In this document: one piece after another, positions 27,377 through 36,142 of the stretch
Position numbering within the stretch: position 1 is the stretch's first letter
How the letters are laid out: each line of letters begins with the position of its first letter
Origin: a phage
Sequence record: PZ445419.1
Length of the DNA: 44,882 bases
Reading direction: 5' to 3' (one strand)
Program-made: the position numbers and the translations under genes
The notes under the pieces: generated by a model
What the model was told of the DNA's origin: nothing
Seen by the model: only the letters and a program-made list of their open reading frames with translations
Databases searched by the model: none

Positions 27377-28797
27377 TTGCGCGCCTTTTTAGCTTTCATG
27401 TATTCCATCAAGTCGTCCTGGATATCTCGCTTACTGTCGCGGCGCTCGGCGACCAATTCGTCCAGTGTCCCGCGCGCCTGGATAATGTAGACGAATACCG
27501 GTCGAGGGTGTCCGGCCTGCATCTGGCGAACCGGCCCGATACGTTCAACGATCTGCGAAAAGTGCTCAAAGTTCCAGGTATCGGAGAAGATTGCCAGGTG
27601 ATGACCGCCGTCCTGCAAGTTAAGGCCGTGGCCCGCCGATGCCGGGTGCGCAAACATGATGGGGATCTCGCCCCTGTTCCACGCTTCCATATCCTTATTG
27701 CCCTGCTTACCCTTACCCAACGCAACGCCGTGCGGAAATTTCTTCTTAAGACGTGCCAGATCATGCTTATACTGATACGCAACGAGCAACGGGGCGCCGT
27801 TCAACTCCTCTACGATACTTTCCAGCGCGTCCAGCTTGGCGTCGTGGATCTTCACCCACTCGTCGGTCCGTTCGCCGTCTTCGTCCACCTTATATACAGC
27901 GCCGGAAGCAAGCTGAAGGCACTTGATGGTCTTCGACGCCGCGTTCGCCGCTTCCACTGTTCCGCTTTCCAGTTCTGCAAATAGCTCGCTTTCAAACTGG
28001 TCATAAATCTTGCGCGCTTTCTTCGGCAGGTCCACAACAACCGGCGTATAGATTGGCTTGTCGCACCCGAAGTATTCCGCCGCGTCAACGGTGAGGGATA
28101 CATCTGACAGACGTTGTTGTATCTCTTTCTCGGAGTTCTTTAGCGGGGCGTGCTGCATAGTGAAGCTGCCAGGCTTAACAGGCTTGCTAATGAACCAGCG
28201 GTCGGTAAATGCCTTATAACTACTGCCGAGTCGTTCGCCACCGTCGACAAACCACGTCTGACCCCATAAGTCTTTTAGCCCGTTTGGCGCTGGTGTGCCG
28301 GTAAGGTTAATCCAGCGCTTGACGTGTTTATGTGCAATCGCTGCCAGTGCGCGGGCGCGCTTGCTCCCCTGCTTGCTACGATAGCCTTTCAGCTTAGTCG
28401 ATTCATCGGCAACAACGACCGTAAAGGGCCACGCATCGCCGTAATAGTCGACCAGCCACTCGACCACATCGTAGTTAACACAAACCACGTTAGCGTCGCT
28501 CTCAAGCGCAGCGATGCGGTCCTTCTCTGACCCAGTGCCGTCTACTACCAGCAAGGCTGGGAAGCGCCATTTCTCCTGTTCCGGGGGCCATGTACCGGAC
28601 GCAACGCGCAGCGGGGCCAGCACCAGTACGCGGTCATCCTGGTTGGACAGGATGCCGGTCTGGAACATTTTATTCAGCGCCCACATGGTCGCGCCGGTTT
28701 TACCCGACCCCATTGTCGCCCAAATATTGCAGCGCTTATGCTTGAGGATGAACGCGGTTATCAACTTCTGATATTCGCGGCGTCGGAATCGTGCCAT
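27373..28797 (-). CDS. SNF2/DEAD-like superfamily 2 helicase
   Basis: Walker A MGSGKTGAT, DExx box VVADESTKLKG and LTGTP motif; ATG 28797 preferred over track start 28887 because it avoids overlapping the upstream gene. Confidence 0.75.
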   Translation of the reverse strand: MARFRRREYQKLITAFILKHKRCNIWATMGSGKTGATMWALNKMFQTGILSNQDDRVLVLAPLRVASGTWPPEQEKWRFPALLVVDGTGSEKDRIAALESDANVVCVNYDVVEWLVDYYGDAWPFTVVVADESTKLKGYRSKQGSKRARALAAIAHKHVKRWINLTGTPAPNGLKDLWGQTWFVDGGERLGSSYKAFTDRWFISKPVKPGSFTMQHAPLKNSEKEIQQRLSDVSLTVDAAEYFGCDKPIYTPVVVDLPKKARKIYDQFESELFAELESGTVEAANAASKTIKCLQLASGAVYKVDEDGERTDEWVKIHDAKLDALESIVEELNGAPLLVAYQYKHDLARLKKKFPHGVALGKGKQGNKDMEAWNRGEIPIMFAHPASAGHGLNLQDGGHHLAIFSDTWNFEHFSQIVERIGPVRQMQAGHPRPVFVYIIQARGTLDELVAERRDSKRDIQDDLMEYMKAKKARK

Positions 28798-28801
28798 TTC
28801 T

Positions 28802-29020
28802 TTATTCCGCCTTTTTCCAGACTTCGGTTTCACTGTTCCAGTTCCTTTTTGTAGCGTCGTAGTTGGTGGCGTGTCCGATGTGCACACCGGTAGCCCGGAA
28901 GCTCTTAAATTTTTGCCAGCACACCGTCAACGGCAGCGGATCATTCATACCAGCGATAAACCATACGCGATCACCCGGTTTACATTCGCCCAGCTTGGTG
29001 AGTCGGTAATGTTCTTTCAT
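28802..29020 (-). CDS. hypothetical protein
   Basis: 72-aa ORF from ATG 29020 with GGGAGA RBS. Confidence 0.45.
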   Translation of the reverse strand: MKEHYRLTKLGECKPGDRVWFIAGMNDPLPLTVCWQKFKSFRATGVHIGHATNYDATKRNWNSETEVWKKAE

Positions 29021-29063
29021 CGTCATGTCTCCCAAAAATGGCGGGACAAGCCCGCCGTATTAA

Positions 29064-29237
29064 TTATTTTTGTTCTGCACGGTAGCGGCGCTGCCGTTCG
29101 CGCTCTTTTTTATTGCGGCACGATTTGCACTCTGCCCGATACCCGTCTGGACTGCGCGCAGTCTTACCGGTGTATTTGTGGAACTGGGATAGCGGCTTTA
29201 CACAGCCGCAATTACTACAACGTTTTTCTTCAATCAT
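29064..29237 (-). CDS. small zinc-ribbon protein (hypothetical)
   Basis: 57-aa ORF with CSNC...CKSC pairs, ATG 29237 with GAGGA RBS; the track TTG start at 29297 is rejected. Confidence 0.5.
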   Translation of the reverse strand: MIEEKRCSNCGCVKPLSQFHKYTGKTARSPDGYRAECKSCRNKKERERQRRYRAEQK

Positions 29238-29277
29238 CTCTAAAATCCTCGATATGGCTAACCGGCACACTATACCG

Positions 29278-29556
29278 CTATGCGACCAATTCAGCAACCA
29301 ATAAATCGCAGTCGGCTATGTTGTCGATAACGCGAACGTCCGCACCGCGGCGGGCCATTCGATCATGTTCACGTACTTGGTGCGGCTTCGGTTTTCCTCC
29401 GGGGCGCTTCACTTCGACGAACACTATTTTGCCGTTGATGATAATAATCAGGTCGGGAGCACCTGCGCGCCCCTCCCATGCCAGTTTTCTGCAGAATCCG
29501 CCGACCTCTTTAACCCGTTTCATAAGGTGACGCTGCACCTTGCCTTCTGGTGTCAT
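29278..29556 (-). CDS. VRR-NUC domain nuclease
   Basis: 92-aa ORF with PD-(D/E)XK-type core APDLIIIINGKIVFVEVKRPGGKP. Confidence 0.65.
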   Translation of the reverse strand: MTPEGKVQRHLMKRVKEVGGFCRKLAWEGRAGAPDLIIIINGKIVFVEVKRPGGKPKPHQVREHDRMARRGADVRVIDNIADCDLLVAELVA

Positions 29557-29662
29557 TTAGTTTGCAATTCCACGTTACGCAGACGAAGGTCTACCGGTAT
29601 ATCCGATCGACCGGTTAGCGCCAGCGCCAGCGCGCATAATGCTCATTTCTGCTTTCATAATC

Positions 29663-31954
29663 TTACTTCCTGTACCTGTACATAATGTCGCCTTCGGCGG
29701 CAAGTGGGAAGCCTTTCGCCCAAATAGGCAGGTCGCACATCAGCGCGCAAAGCTCCTCTGTCGTGTAGTCGTCGGTGTCCGGCACTTCTGTGATCAATTC
29801 ATCATGCACCGATAGAACGATTTCATAGCCCGCAGCTTCAACGCCAGGCATTGACCAGGCGAGAATATCACGGCACAACGCCTGTACTATGTTCTCCGTC
29901 AGTTTGCCGCCGTAGGTATACTGGAAGCCCCACTGGCGCGTCGTCTGATTCTCGCCCTGATATTTAATGCGTGTGCTGGTGCGCTTCTTGCCGGTGTCTT
30001 CGTCAATCTCGGTAGTGACAGACAGCGCTATGCCGGGGTAGCTCATGATGCGCCCCGACGGCAACTCAATTTTCAACCACCACCCCGCGGCGTTCGGGTC
30101 GTCGCGCTCCTCGTCAAAGGTTGGGTCGTGCTTCGCCTTCGTACGGACAATCTTGAGCGCTTTTCTACCGTCCGGGCGAACGTTCGCACCAGCCCAGTAT
30201 GCTTTGCCCGGATTGCGGATTGCACACAACACCGCGTCCTCAAGCTCGGCCCAAAAGGCTACCGTCTTCGGGTGAGCCTCGCGCCACATACGTTTGATCG
30301 CGTCGCAGGTCAGCCAAACGTTTTTAGGCAGTATGTAAGTCGGGCGCTCGTCCTTCTTGCCCGGCTTCGGCGGTCGCTTCGCTTCGTTAATGCGGGCGTA
30401 CTCATAACCCCGTTTAGCCGCTGCCCAAATGTGATCGGGGAATGTGCCCTTCATGACGTCCGCCATCGCGTAAAGGTCGAGGCCCAGGTTTTTAGCGAAC
30501 TGCAAGAACGCAGCCACGCCGCCGCCATAGCCAAGTCCCAACTCACACGCCTTACCAATCTGGCGTAGGTCTTTGCGGTTGGCTTTAATGTATTCCGGGT
30601 CAAGGCCGAACATCTTACCGGCAGTTTCACAATAAATATCGCGACCGGCCCTAAACACCATTAGCGCGGTTTTCTCACCAGCGATCCAGGCGAGGCCACG
30701 CCCTTCCACGTTAGAGTAGTCCGCTACGACAAACTTCTTGCCCTTAGCCGGGATAATGCACCCGCGAACGGTCGAGGCTGTTAGCTTAGATATGTCATAC
30801 GCCCAGTGCGCGGTCCCGCGTAACAGGGAATTGATGCCGTTGGTGAGCATGTGCGACCGGACCCAAAAAGCAACGTCGCTCTCGCCTTCGCGGCGCTTAA
30901 TCTTCCCTTCGTGATCGTCGCTATACTCGCCGCGTGCCAGGTTTTGAGGCTGGAAGCCTTTACCAGCCCAGCGCAGCGTGCGCTTTGCGCCGCCATACTG
31001 AAGACACCCACGGCGGCGACCATCTGCTGATAAGCCGTTAACTAGCGGATTGTACTTAGTCGATGCCGTTGATGACGCACCGAGGCGCATTTCGATAAGC
31101 GCTTTGCCTTCGTCGGGGAAGTCCGGGTCTTCAAGCAGGTCGTTAAGTGTGGATTTCTGCGCGTTGTGGATCGTGAACGCCGGGGCGATATCACGCAGGA
31201 TTGGCAGGAAGTCATTGCCGGTCAGCTTACCGCCAAATCGCTCCCAGGCTTCCTCCTTCAATTCTTCCTTATGCGCCTGCACCGCTTTGATCGCGGCGTT
31301 CGCCAGGTCAACGTCCACATAGAAGCCGCGGTCGTTGATCAACTGGTCGATAAGCAGGATTTCATCTTCCTTCGGAGTATTACCCCAGTCCGGTATGCGC
31401 CAGTAGACCTCACGCATCGCGATAATATCCAGCGCGGCATATCGCAGAAATTTGGCCCATTCTTCAGGGTGAGTCTCGCGAGTGTAGCGGCGGATTTTGT
31501 AAGTCTTAGGGGTCGGCTTACAGAATCGTTTGATCAGCGCCTTGCCTGCCTTATCCTTCGCGTGATCTGCGTCAACGCCCAGCACCTGACACTGCATATC
31601 GAGGCTGCCCGGCAGCGCGTGCCGAAAGGCCATAATCATGGTATCTTCGATCTGGCTTACCGGCAGGTCGATTCCCCACTTCTCACGGATAACCAGGCGG
31701 TCAAACAGGAGGCCGTTAGCCATCACGATTTTTGCTTTCTTGCGGGATACCTGACGGAGCGCCTTGCGCAGTTCACGCGGCATTGTTGGGGATTCAGTGG
31801 CATCCCATGTCTGCACGCGGCCTTCGTCGATGGCGTAGGTGCAAATCATAATCTCGGTGGTTGGGTGCTCTGCGTAGGCGTACGCCCCTACTTTCTTCAG
31901 GTCCACCCCGCTAAATGTCTCGGTGTCGAGAAACAGACGTTCGAAGTCTTTCAT
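29663..31954 (-). CDS. DNA polymerase I-type (family A) with 3'-5' exonuclease domain
   Basis: 763-aa ORF; N-terminal exo motif FLDTETFSG, C-terminal polymerase region including VHDELITEV. Confidence 0.85.
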   Translation of the reverse strand: MKDFERLFLDTETFSGVDLKKVGAYAYAEHPTTEIMICTYAIDEGRVQTWDATESPTMPRELRKALRQVSRKKAKIVMANGLLFDRLVIREKWGIDLPVSQIEDTMIMAFRHALPGSLDMQCQVLGVDADHAKDKAGKALIKRFCKPTPKTYKIRRYTRETHPEEWAKFLRYAALDIIAMREVYWRIPDWGNTPKEDEILLIDQLINDRGFYVDVDLANAAIKAVQAHKEELKEEAWERFGGKLTGNDFLPILRDIAPAFTIHNAQKSTLNDLLEDPDFPDEGKALIEMRLGASSTASTKYNPLVNGLSADGRRRGCLQYGGAKRTLRWAGKGFQPQNLARGEYSDDHEGKIKRREGESDVAFWVRSHMLTNGINSLLRGTAHWAYDISKLTASTVRGCIIPAKGKKFVVADYSNVEGRGLAWIAGEKTALMVFRAGRDIYCETAGKMFGLDPEYIKANRKDLRQIGKACELGLGYGGGVAAFLQFAKNLGLDLYAMADVMKGTFPDHIWAAAKRGYEYARINEAKRPPKPGKKDERPTYILPKNVWLTCDAIKRMWREAHPKTVAFWAELEDAVLCAIRNPGKAYWAGANVRPDGRKALKIVRTKAKHDPTFDEERDDPNAAGWWLKIELPSGRIMSYPGIALSVTTEIDEDTGKKRTSTRIKYQGENQTTRQWGFQYTYGGKLTENIVQALCRDILAWSMPGVEAAGYEIVLSVHDELITEVPDTDDYTTEELCALMCDLPIWAKGFPLAAEGDIMYRYRK

Positions 31955-32121
31955 TGCTTTATCCTCACTACGGCGTCAGCGCTGCCGATCATGGAGAAGA
32001 TGCCGTCGGACAGGGCGATCTCTTCTCCATTGTTGCGAATCTCGGCAACTGTGAAATACTCGCCCAGCAATCTGGACCATACCTGCATTCCGACTTTTAC
32101 TTCGCTGGCTTTAATACGCAT
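31951..32121 (-). CDS. small protein translationally coupled to DNA polymerase (hypothetical)
   Basis: 56-aa ORF MRIKASEVKVGMQVWSRLLGEYFTVAEIRNNGEEIALSDGIFSMIGSADAVVRIKQ absent from the ORF track; its TGA overlaps the polymerase ATG (ATGA). Confidence 0.45.
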   Translation of the reverse strand: MRIKASEVKVGMQVWSRLLGEYFTVAEIRNNGEEIALSDGIFSMIGSADAVVRIKQ

Positions 32122-32136
32122 TTTTCATTGTCCTAT

Positions 32137-32160
32137 TAAAAAGCCCGCATTAAGCGGGCT
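32137..32160 (-). terminator. intrinsic terminator after the ssDNA-binding protein gene
   Basis: Minus strand AGCCCGC-ttaat-GCGGGCT followed by TTTTTAAT, 20 bp after the stop at 32180. Confidence 0.6.
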
Positions 32161-32179
32161 TGAATAGTGGGCTTTGCCC

Positions 32180-32962
32180 TTAACGGCGGCGACGTTTACG
32201 TGGCGCTTCGTCTTCGTCGTCGTCCTCATCTTCGTCATCGCGTGGCTTACGACGCTTGCGAGGTTTTTCATCTTCCTCATCGTCGTCGTCATCGCGGCGC
32301 TTGGATTTCTTGGACTTGCGCGGCTTGTCATCTTCATCATCGTCATCACGACGTTTTGACTTTTTGGACTTGCGCGGTGCTTCGTCTTCGTCGTCGTTGT
32401 CCAGGTCTTCATCGGAGCAAGAAGACCCGCCACCTCCGAAGGCTTCGCCGTCTTCACGGAATCGCAGACCCAGCAAGCCAGCCCCGAGACCCTTGCCGTT
32501 GGTATTGTTCCATGCCCAAATATCAAGGGACACGTTGCAATAACAACCGGAGTAGATCTCCTGGCCTTCAATCTCGTCGCCGTCGATGGTCAGACCTTGT
32601 TCAGTCTGCTTCTCGCCGAGTGACGTTTGAATGATTGGTTGTTTGAACGATTTGGCGTTGATATACAACATGCCTTCGAATTCTTCGGTTACTTCATCGC
32701 GCTCGTCACCGTCGCGAACTGCACATTCCTTAGAATCCTGGGCGTAGTGGCGGTCCATCCACTTATCGGCATTCTTCTCGGATTTCAGCTTGTCGGTGAG
32801 CACTGCGCGTGCTGCCGCTTCCACTTTGTCCACCTGCGGATCTTCTTTATCCAGAAGAATCACGGCACGGTATGCCGGTTTTTGTCCATCCTGTTTAGGG
32901 GTATCACGTTCCCAAATTTTCAGGAAACATACGCGCACATTTTTCAGGTTGACTTTAGCCAT
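32180..32962 (-). CDS. phage ssDNA-binding protein-like (DUF2815-like) with repetitive charged C-terminal tail
   Basis: 260-aa ORF from MAKVNLKNVRVCF (GAGGA RBS); N-terminal globular region resembles DUF2815 proteins; C-terminal ~70 aa alternate basic (RKSKKSKRR) and acidic (DDDDEDD) blocks. Confidence 0.55.
   Translation of the reverse strand: MAKVNLKNVRVCFLKIWERDTPKQDGQKPAYRAVILLDKEDPQVDKVEAAARAVLTDKLKSEKNADKWMDRHYAQDSKECAVRDGDERDEVTEEFEGMLYINAKSFKQPIIQTSLGEKQTEQGLTIDGDEIEGQEIYSGCYCNVSLDIWAWNNTNGKGLGAGLLGLRFREDGEAFGGGGSSCSDEDLDNDDEDEAPRKSKKSKRRDDDDEDDKPRKSKKSKRRDDDDDEEDEKPRKRRKPRDDEDEDDDEDEAPRKRRRR
32195..32400. repeat. imperfect ~57-60-bp tandem repeats encoding the charged C-terminal tail
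   Basis: Repeated GACTTGCGCGG...CTTCATCATCGTC units on the plus strand encode KPRKSKKSKRRDDDD(E)DD repeats on the minus strand. Confidence 0.6.
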
Positions 32963-33027
32963 TTTCCAATTCCTCATTTTCACATGCATCGGGGTTATTG
33001 GAAGCCACCCCGTTCGGCTTGGTTGCC

Positions 33028-33056
33028 AATTTACTTGGTTGCGCCTGAGCGGTCAA
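33028..33056 (-). promoter_or_regulatory. candidate sigma70-type promoter for the ssDNA-binding protein gene with ATTGGTTGC-family motifs
   Basis: Minus strand TTGACC-17 nt-TAAATT; motif copies at 33035-33043 (in spacer) and 33019-33027 (just after the -10). Confidence 0.45.
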
Positions 33057-33295
33057 GCATTTTCATTAAAAAGATTTCTGGTCACGTAGTTGGTAGCGTT
33101 CTCGATCCAGCTTAACGGCGGGCGGTTGATGTTCTTCTCCACCCAATCGACGGCAGCTTCGCTATAGCCGTCATCCAACCAGCGGGTCGGATGTCGAATC
33201 ATCCACGCCACCATTAATACGCCTTGTACGCAATGCAGGATAAAGCCCAGCGCGCCGATAACAAACATCAATAAGATTGCGAATACTTTATTCAT
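33053..33295 (-). CDS. small membrane protein (hypothetical)
   Basis: 80-aa ORF with N-terminal TM segment FAILLMFVIGALGFILHCV. Confidence 0.5.
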   Translation of the reverse strand: MNKVFAILLMFVIGALGFILHCVQGVLMVAWMIRHPTRWLDDGYSEAAVDWVEKNINRPPLSWIENATNYVTRNLFNENA

Positions 33296-34718
33296 TGCTT
33301 AAGTCCTCGTCAGTAGCTTCAGACCACGCAGGGCGCGGGTCGTCGATTGGTGCTAATACCGGTTTTGCCGGTGCGCGCGTGATTTTATCACACAGCTTCG
33401 CCCACACTTTCGGTTTTTCGTCCTTCAGTACCGTCTCGGCATCCGTAGGGCTGAGCAATGTTTCTTTGTACATCACATCGCGCTTGATCCGGGCCTTCGT
33501 GAAGATTTCAATCACTTCGCTTTCGTCTGCCCACTTGCGAATCCCTTCCTTACCGGCAACCATCTTGAGGCCCAGCGATTCGCCATCGCCCGCCATAACC
33601 GCTTTGAATACCGCTGACTCGATAGCCTTGATGTGCTGGCGCATTGCGTCAAGACCTTCATAAGCCTTGCGCAGTTCCGCGGCGGTCATAGCGCCGTGGG
33701 CCGCTTCTTTCTTGCCACGCTTCGCACGTCGTGCCGCTTTGCGAGCTTCGCGGGCCATATTGCGGTCGTGATTGGCGCATTCTTCCTCTGTCGCAATACT
33801 CACGTCGTCGCCCAGGTCTTCGTCTGTTGCCGTTGGTGGGGTCATCGTGTCGATTGCAGCCTTAGCGCGGGCGCTACACTGATCCGCAAATCTGCACCAC
33901 TGACACGCATCAACGCTCGGTCGGAAGTCGGCGCGGGTGAGTCCCTTTTTGCCTCGGGCGTACGCTTCCAGCGCGGCGATAGCGCGCTTGGATGCAAACT
34001 TCGCGAATATCTCCAGGGCTTCTACCGAAATATCCCACTCCGACGCCCCGCCGCAATACGGCTGGAAGATAACCAGGCGCACGGTCGTGATGTCGTACAT
34101 GGATTGCAGCTTGCGCAGCAGGCCGAGCGCGTACAACATAAGCTGTTTGTTTTCTTTCGCCTCGACCTTATGCCGCCCAGTCTTAAGGTCGCCAACAATC
34201 AGCATGTACGTGCCGTCGGTCTTCTTCATGACCATGACCATATCGGCAGTACCGAACGTTTTAATCCTGTTGCCGTCGATCTCGAAGCCAGAGTGAAGGA
34301 CGCGGGTCAGGTCGGCGCGCATCTCAAGCTGAACAAACTCCGCCACTTCGAGGAGCGGTCGCCAGTGGTCGATGTATGCATCGCACTGTTTCACCATATC
34401 GTCGTTGACCAGTACGCCGCCTTTCGGTGCTTTCGGGTGTGCCTTTACTGGCCCCTTTCCTTCGTTCTCGACGTAACACCCTTTATACGTCTTTGCGGTT
34501 ATCAGCTTTTCACCGGCGATAATGCGGTTTAGCACGACTTCAGATACGGTGTGCATACTCGTACCGTTAATCGCGGCTTGCCCGGATTCGTTTGGGATAT
34601 CTTTTTCTACCACCAGAGCGGCAGGGCAACCCATCCATTTTTTAGCACCGGACGGCCCGAGTAATGAGTGTTCGGTATTGCTACCGGATTGCGTCTTACG
34701 TTTTGGTTTAATCGCCAT
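33288..34718 (-). CDS. PD-(D/E)XK nuclease (DUF2800 / Cas4-RecB-like) with Cys cluster
   Basis: 476-aa ORF with D...D-L-K/E-x-K-type core (GTADMVMV, GDLKTG, ENKQLMLYALG) and C-terminal CQWCRFADQC typical of Fe-S Cas4-like nucleases. Confidence 0.6.
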   Translation of the reverse strand: MAIKPKRKTQSGSNTEHSLLGPSGAKKWMGCPAALVVEKDIPNESGQAAINGTSMHTVSEVVLNRIIAGEKLITAKTYKGCYVENEGKGPVKAHPKAPKGGVLVNDDMVKQCDAYIDHWRPLLEVAEFVQLEMRADLTRVLHSGFEIDGNRIKTFGTADMVMVMKKTDGTYMLIVGDLKTGRHKVEAKENKQLMLYALGLLRKLQSMYDITTVRLVIFQPYCGGASEWDISVEALEIFAKFASKRAIAALEAYARGKKGLTRADFRPSVDACQWCRFADQCSARAKAAIDTMTPPTATDEDLGDDVSIATEEECANHDRNMAREARKAARRAKRGKKEAAHGAMTAAELRKAYEGLDAMRQHIKAIESAVFKAVMAGDGESLGLKMVAGKEGIRKWADESEVIEIFTKARIKRDVMYKETLLSPTDAETVLKDEKPKVWAKLCDKITRAPAKPVLAPIDDPRPAWSEATDEDLSNE

Positions 34719-34906
34719 TATTCCACCCTTGAAAATTGAGCAATGTAATAATCGTGTTCAACATTGGCCCGCTTCGCGGCTTCGTTCATGGTCGAGGCGA
34801 GTTCGCAGGCTTGCGTCCAGCAACGGATACAGTCCACATTCATAACAATTTCCGGTTGCTCGTCGCCGGTAATACGGCAACGAAATAAAACAAAGAATAT
34901 AGCCAT
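34718..34906 (-). CDS. hypothetical protein
   Basis: 62-aa ORF, tightly packed in the early operon. Confidence 0.4.
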   Translation of the reverse strand: MAIFFVLFRCRITGDEQPEIVMNVDCIRCWTQACELASTMNEAAKRANVEHDYYIAQFSRVE

Positions 34907-35158
34907 TTATTTTGTCTCCCAGCGGTCAATTGTTTTTGCTTCGGATGCAACTGCGAAGCGAACATATTCCAGATTGGAATCAGCCCAAATATAAAAGTCT
35001 GGATTAATAAAGGTGGTGCGCTTAATTTGCGCGGGGGTGTTGCGGCGTTTGTCTATTACGGCAACGCGTGACTGAAAATTGCCGATGCGTTCGAATAGCC
35101 AATAGTACGGGCGCTGGTCGCGGGAGTCCACCGCCTCGATTAGCGTGAAGCGCGCCAT
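34907..35158 (-). CDS. hypothetical protein
   Basis: 83-aa ORF in the early operon. Confidence 0.45.
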   Translation of the reverse strand: MARFTLIEAVDSRDQRPYYWLFERIGNFQSRVAVIDKRRNTPAQIKRTTFINPDFYIWADSNLEYVRFAVASEAKTIDRWETK

Positions 35159-35206
35159 TGTCTCGTCCTCTAAAAATAGGCCCGCAGATTAGCGGGCCGG
35201 AATATA

Positions 35207-35740
35207 TTAATCTTCCAGTTCGAAATAGGTTTCGACGATTTCTTTTAAATCTTTGTGGAAGTCTTCAACGTCGTCGTCTTCCAGCTTGGCGATGGATTTA
35301 ATTTCGAACGCGTCCAGCAGATCATCAAATTCGTCGTTCGCATCATCATCATCACCGCCTGCAATGATAGCGGCATACTGTTTGATTTCGTCGCGCATCT
35401 CTGCCAGCGGGTCGGCATCTTTCTTACCTTTGCCTTTCGCTTTTTTAGCCTTAGCCGGTTTTTCGTCTTCGGCGTCTTCGTCGTCGTCATCTTCTACGAC
35501 TTCTTTTTTGGCCTTACCTTTAGACTTGGTTTCTTTTGCAGCGCCTTTTTTCGCTTTAGGCGTATCTTCGACTTCGTCCTGATCATCGTCTTCGACTTCG
35601 GTCTCCGGCTTGGCCTTGCCTTTCTTAGCGGTGCCGTTTGCTTTCGGTTCTACGGCCGCGCCAGCAGTTTCATAATGCTTAGCGATGACTTCCAGTGCTA
35701 CTACGCCGCGAGTGATCAGGTTTACGATTTGCTCAAACAT
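35207..35740 (-). CDS. highly charged Lys/Glu/Asp-block protein (hypothetical; first gene of leftward operon)
   Basis: 177-aa ORF from ATG 35740 (GGAG RBS); alternating K-rich (KAKKAKGKGKK) and D/E-rich (VEDDDDEDAEDE) blocks; track ORF starts further upstream without RBS. Confidence 0.55.
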   Translation of the reverse strand: MFEQIVNLITRGVVALEVIAKHYETAGAAVEPKANGTAKKGKAKPETEVEDDDQDEVEDTPKAKKGAAKETKSKGKAKKEVVEDDDDEDAEDEKPAKAKKAKGKGKKDADPLAEMRDEIKQYAAIIAGGDDDDANDEFDDLLDAFEIKSIAKLEDDDVEDFHKDLKEIVETYFELED

Positions 35741-35936
35741 GGTATATCTCCGATTGGTTAAGTTTAGGTGTCGGCAGTTAACTTCGTCGGTGGCCTTAAC
35801 ATATTGCCAGGTTACGCGTTCTCCCGTTCGGGTAGTGGACCTGGTTATATAATCACGGTTGGGAATCCTGACACTTCGATCCGGCCCCTGCGTTGCCCCT
35901 CTCCAGTTTGCGTCCTGCATCCTGTCGACGGAGTGA

Positions 35937-35966
35937 ATGATAGATTGGTTGCAGGATGGGTGTCAA
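35937..35966 (-). promoter_or_regulatory. candidate leftward early promoter
   Basis: Minus strand TTGACA-18 nt-TATCAT with ATTGGTTGCA (35944-35953) in the spacer; about 190 nt upstream of the first leftward gene. Confidence 0.5.
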
Positions 35967-35977
35967 CAACTAATTTC

Positions 35978-36011
35978 AAAAAAAAAGCGCCGAGGCAAAA
36001 TGCGACGGCGC
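35978..36011 (-). terminator. orphan terminator-like hairpin in the divergent region
   Basis: Minus strand GCGCCG-13-nt loop-CGGCGC followed by nine T; lies upstream of the leftward -35 with no minus-strand gene to its right. Confidence 0.4.
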
Positions 36012-36082
36012 TAACCAATAAGAGACAATGAGACGGGAATTATTATTACACGCGTGCGCGCCCGTTTCAATATCCAAAGGAT

Positions 36083-36111
36083 TTGACACCATGCAGTTTT
36101 AGGTGTAGTTT
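36083..36111 (+). promoter_or_regulatory. candidate rightward early promoter
   Basis: TTGACA-17 nt-TAGTTT about 30 nt upstream of the HTH gene. Confidence 0.4.
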
Positions 36112-36142
36112 CGTTGGTCATTAACCAACAGGAGACTGAATT

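Noticed and set aside
29064-29297. 77-aa form of the zinc-ribbon ORF starting at TTG 29297
   Set aside because: The extension overlaps the VRR-NUC 3' end and the ATTGGTTGC motif pair; ATG 29237 with a GAGGA RBS is the better start.
31166-32167. 333-aa plus-strand ORF antisense to the DNA polymerase gene
   Set aside because: Lies wholly opposite a strongly supported polymerase ORF; no RBS; typical GC-rich antisense frame. Same verdict for other long antisense ORFs (23499-24458, 33633-34532, 21463-22098, 1928-2611, 661-1086).
32125-32634. ORFs 32125-32571 (minus) and 32167-32634 (plus) with poly-Ser/Arg or Thr/Lys runs
   Set aside because: Alternative frames of the tandem repeats that encode the charged tail of the ssDNA-binding-like protein.
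35207-35920. Long 237-aa form of the charged-block protein starting at 35920
   Set aside because: The extension covers the predicted promoter and leader and has no RBS; the internal ATG at 35740 has a GGAG RBS.
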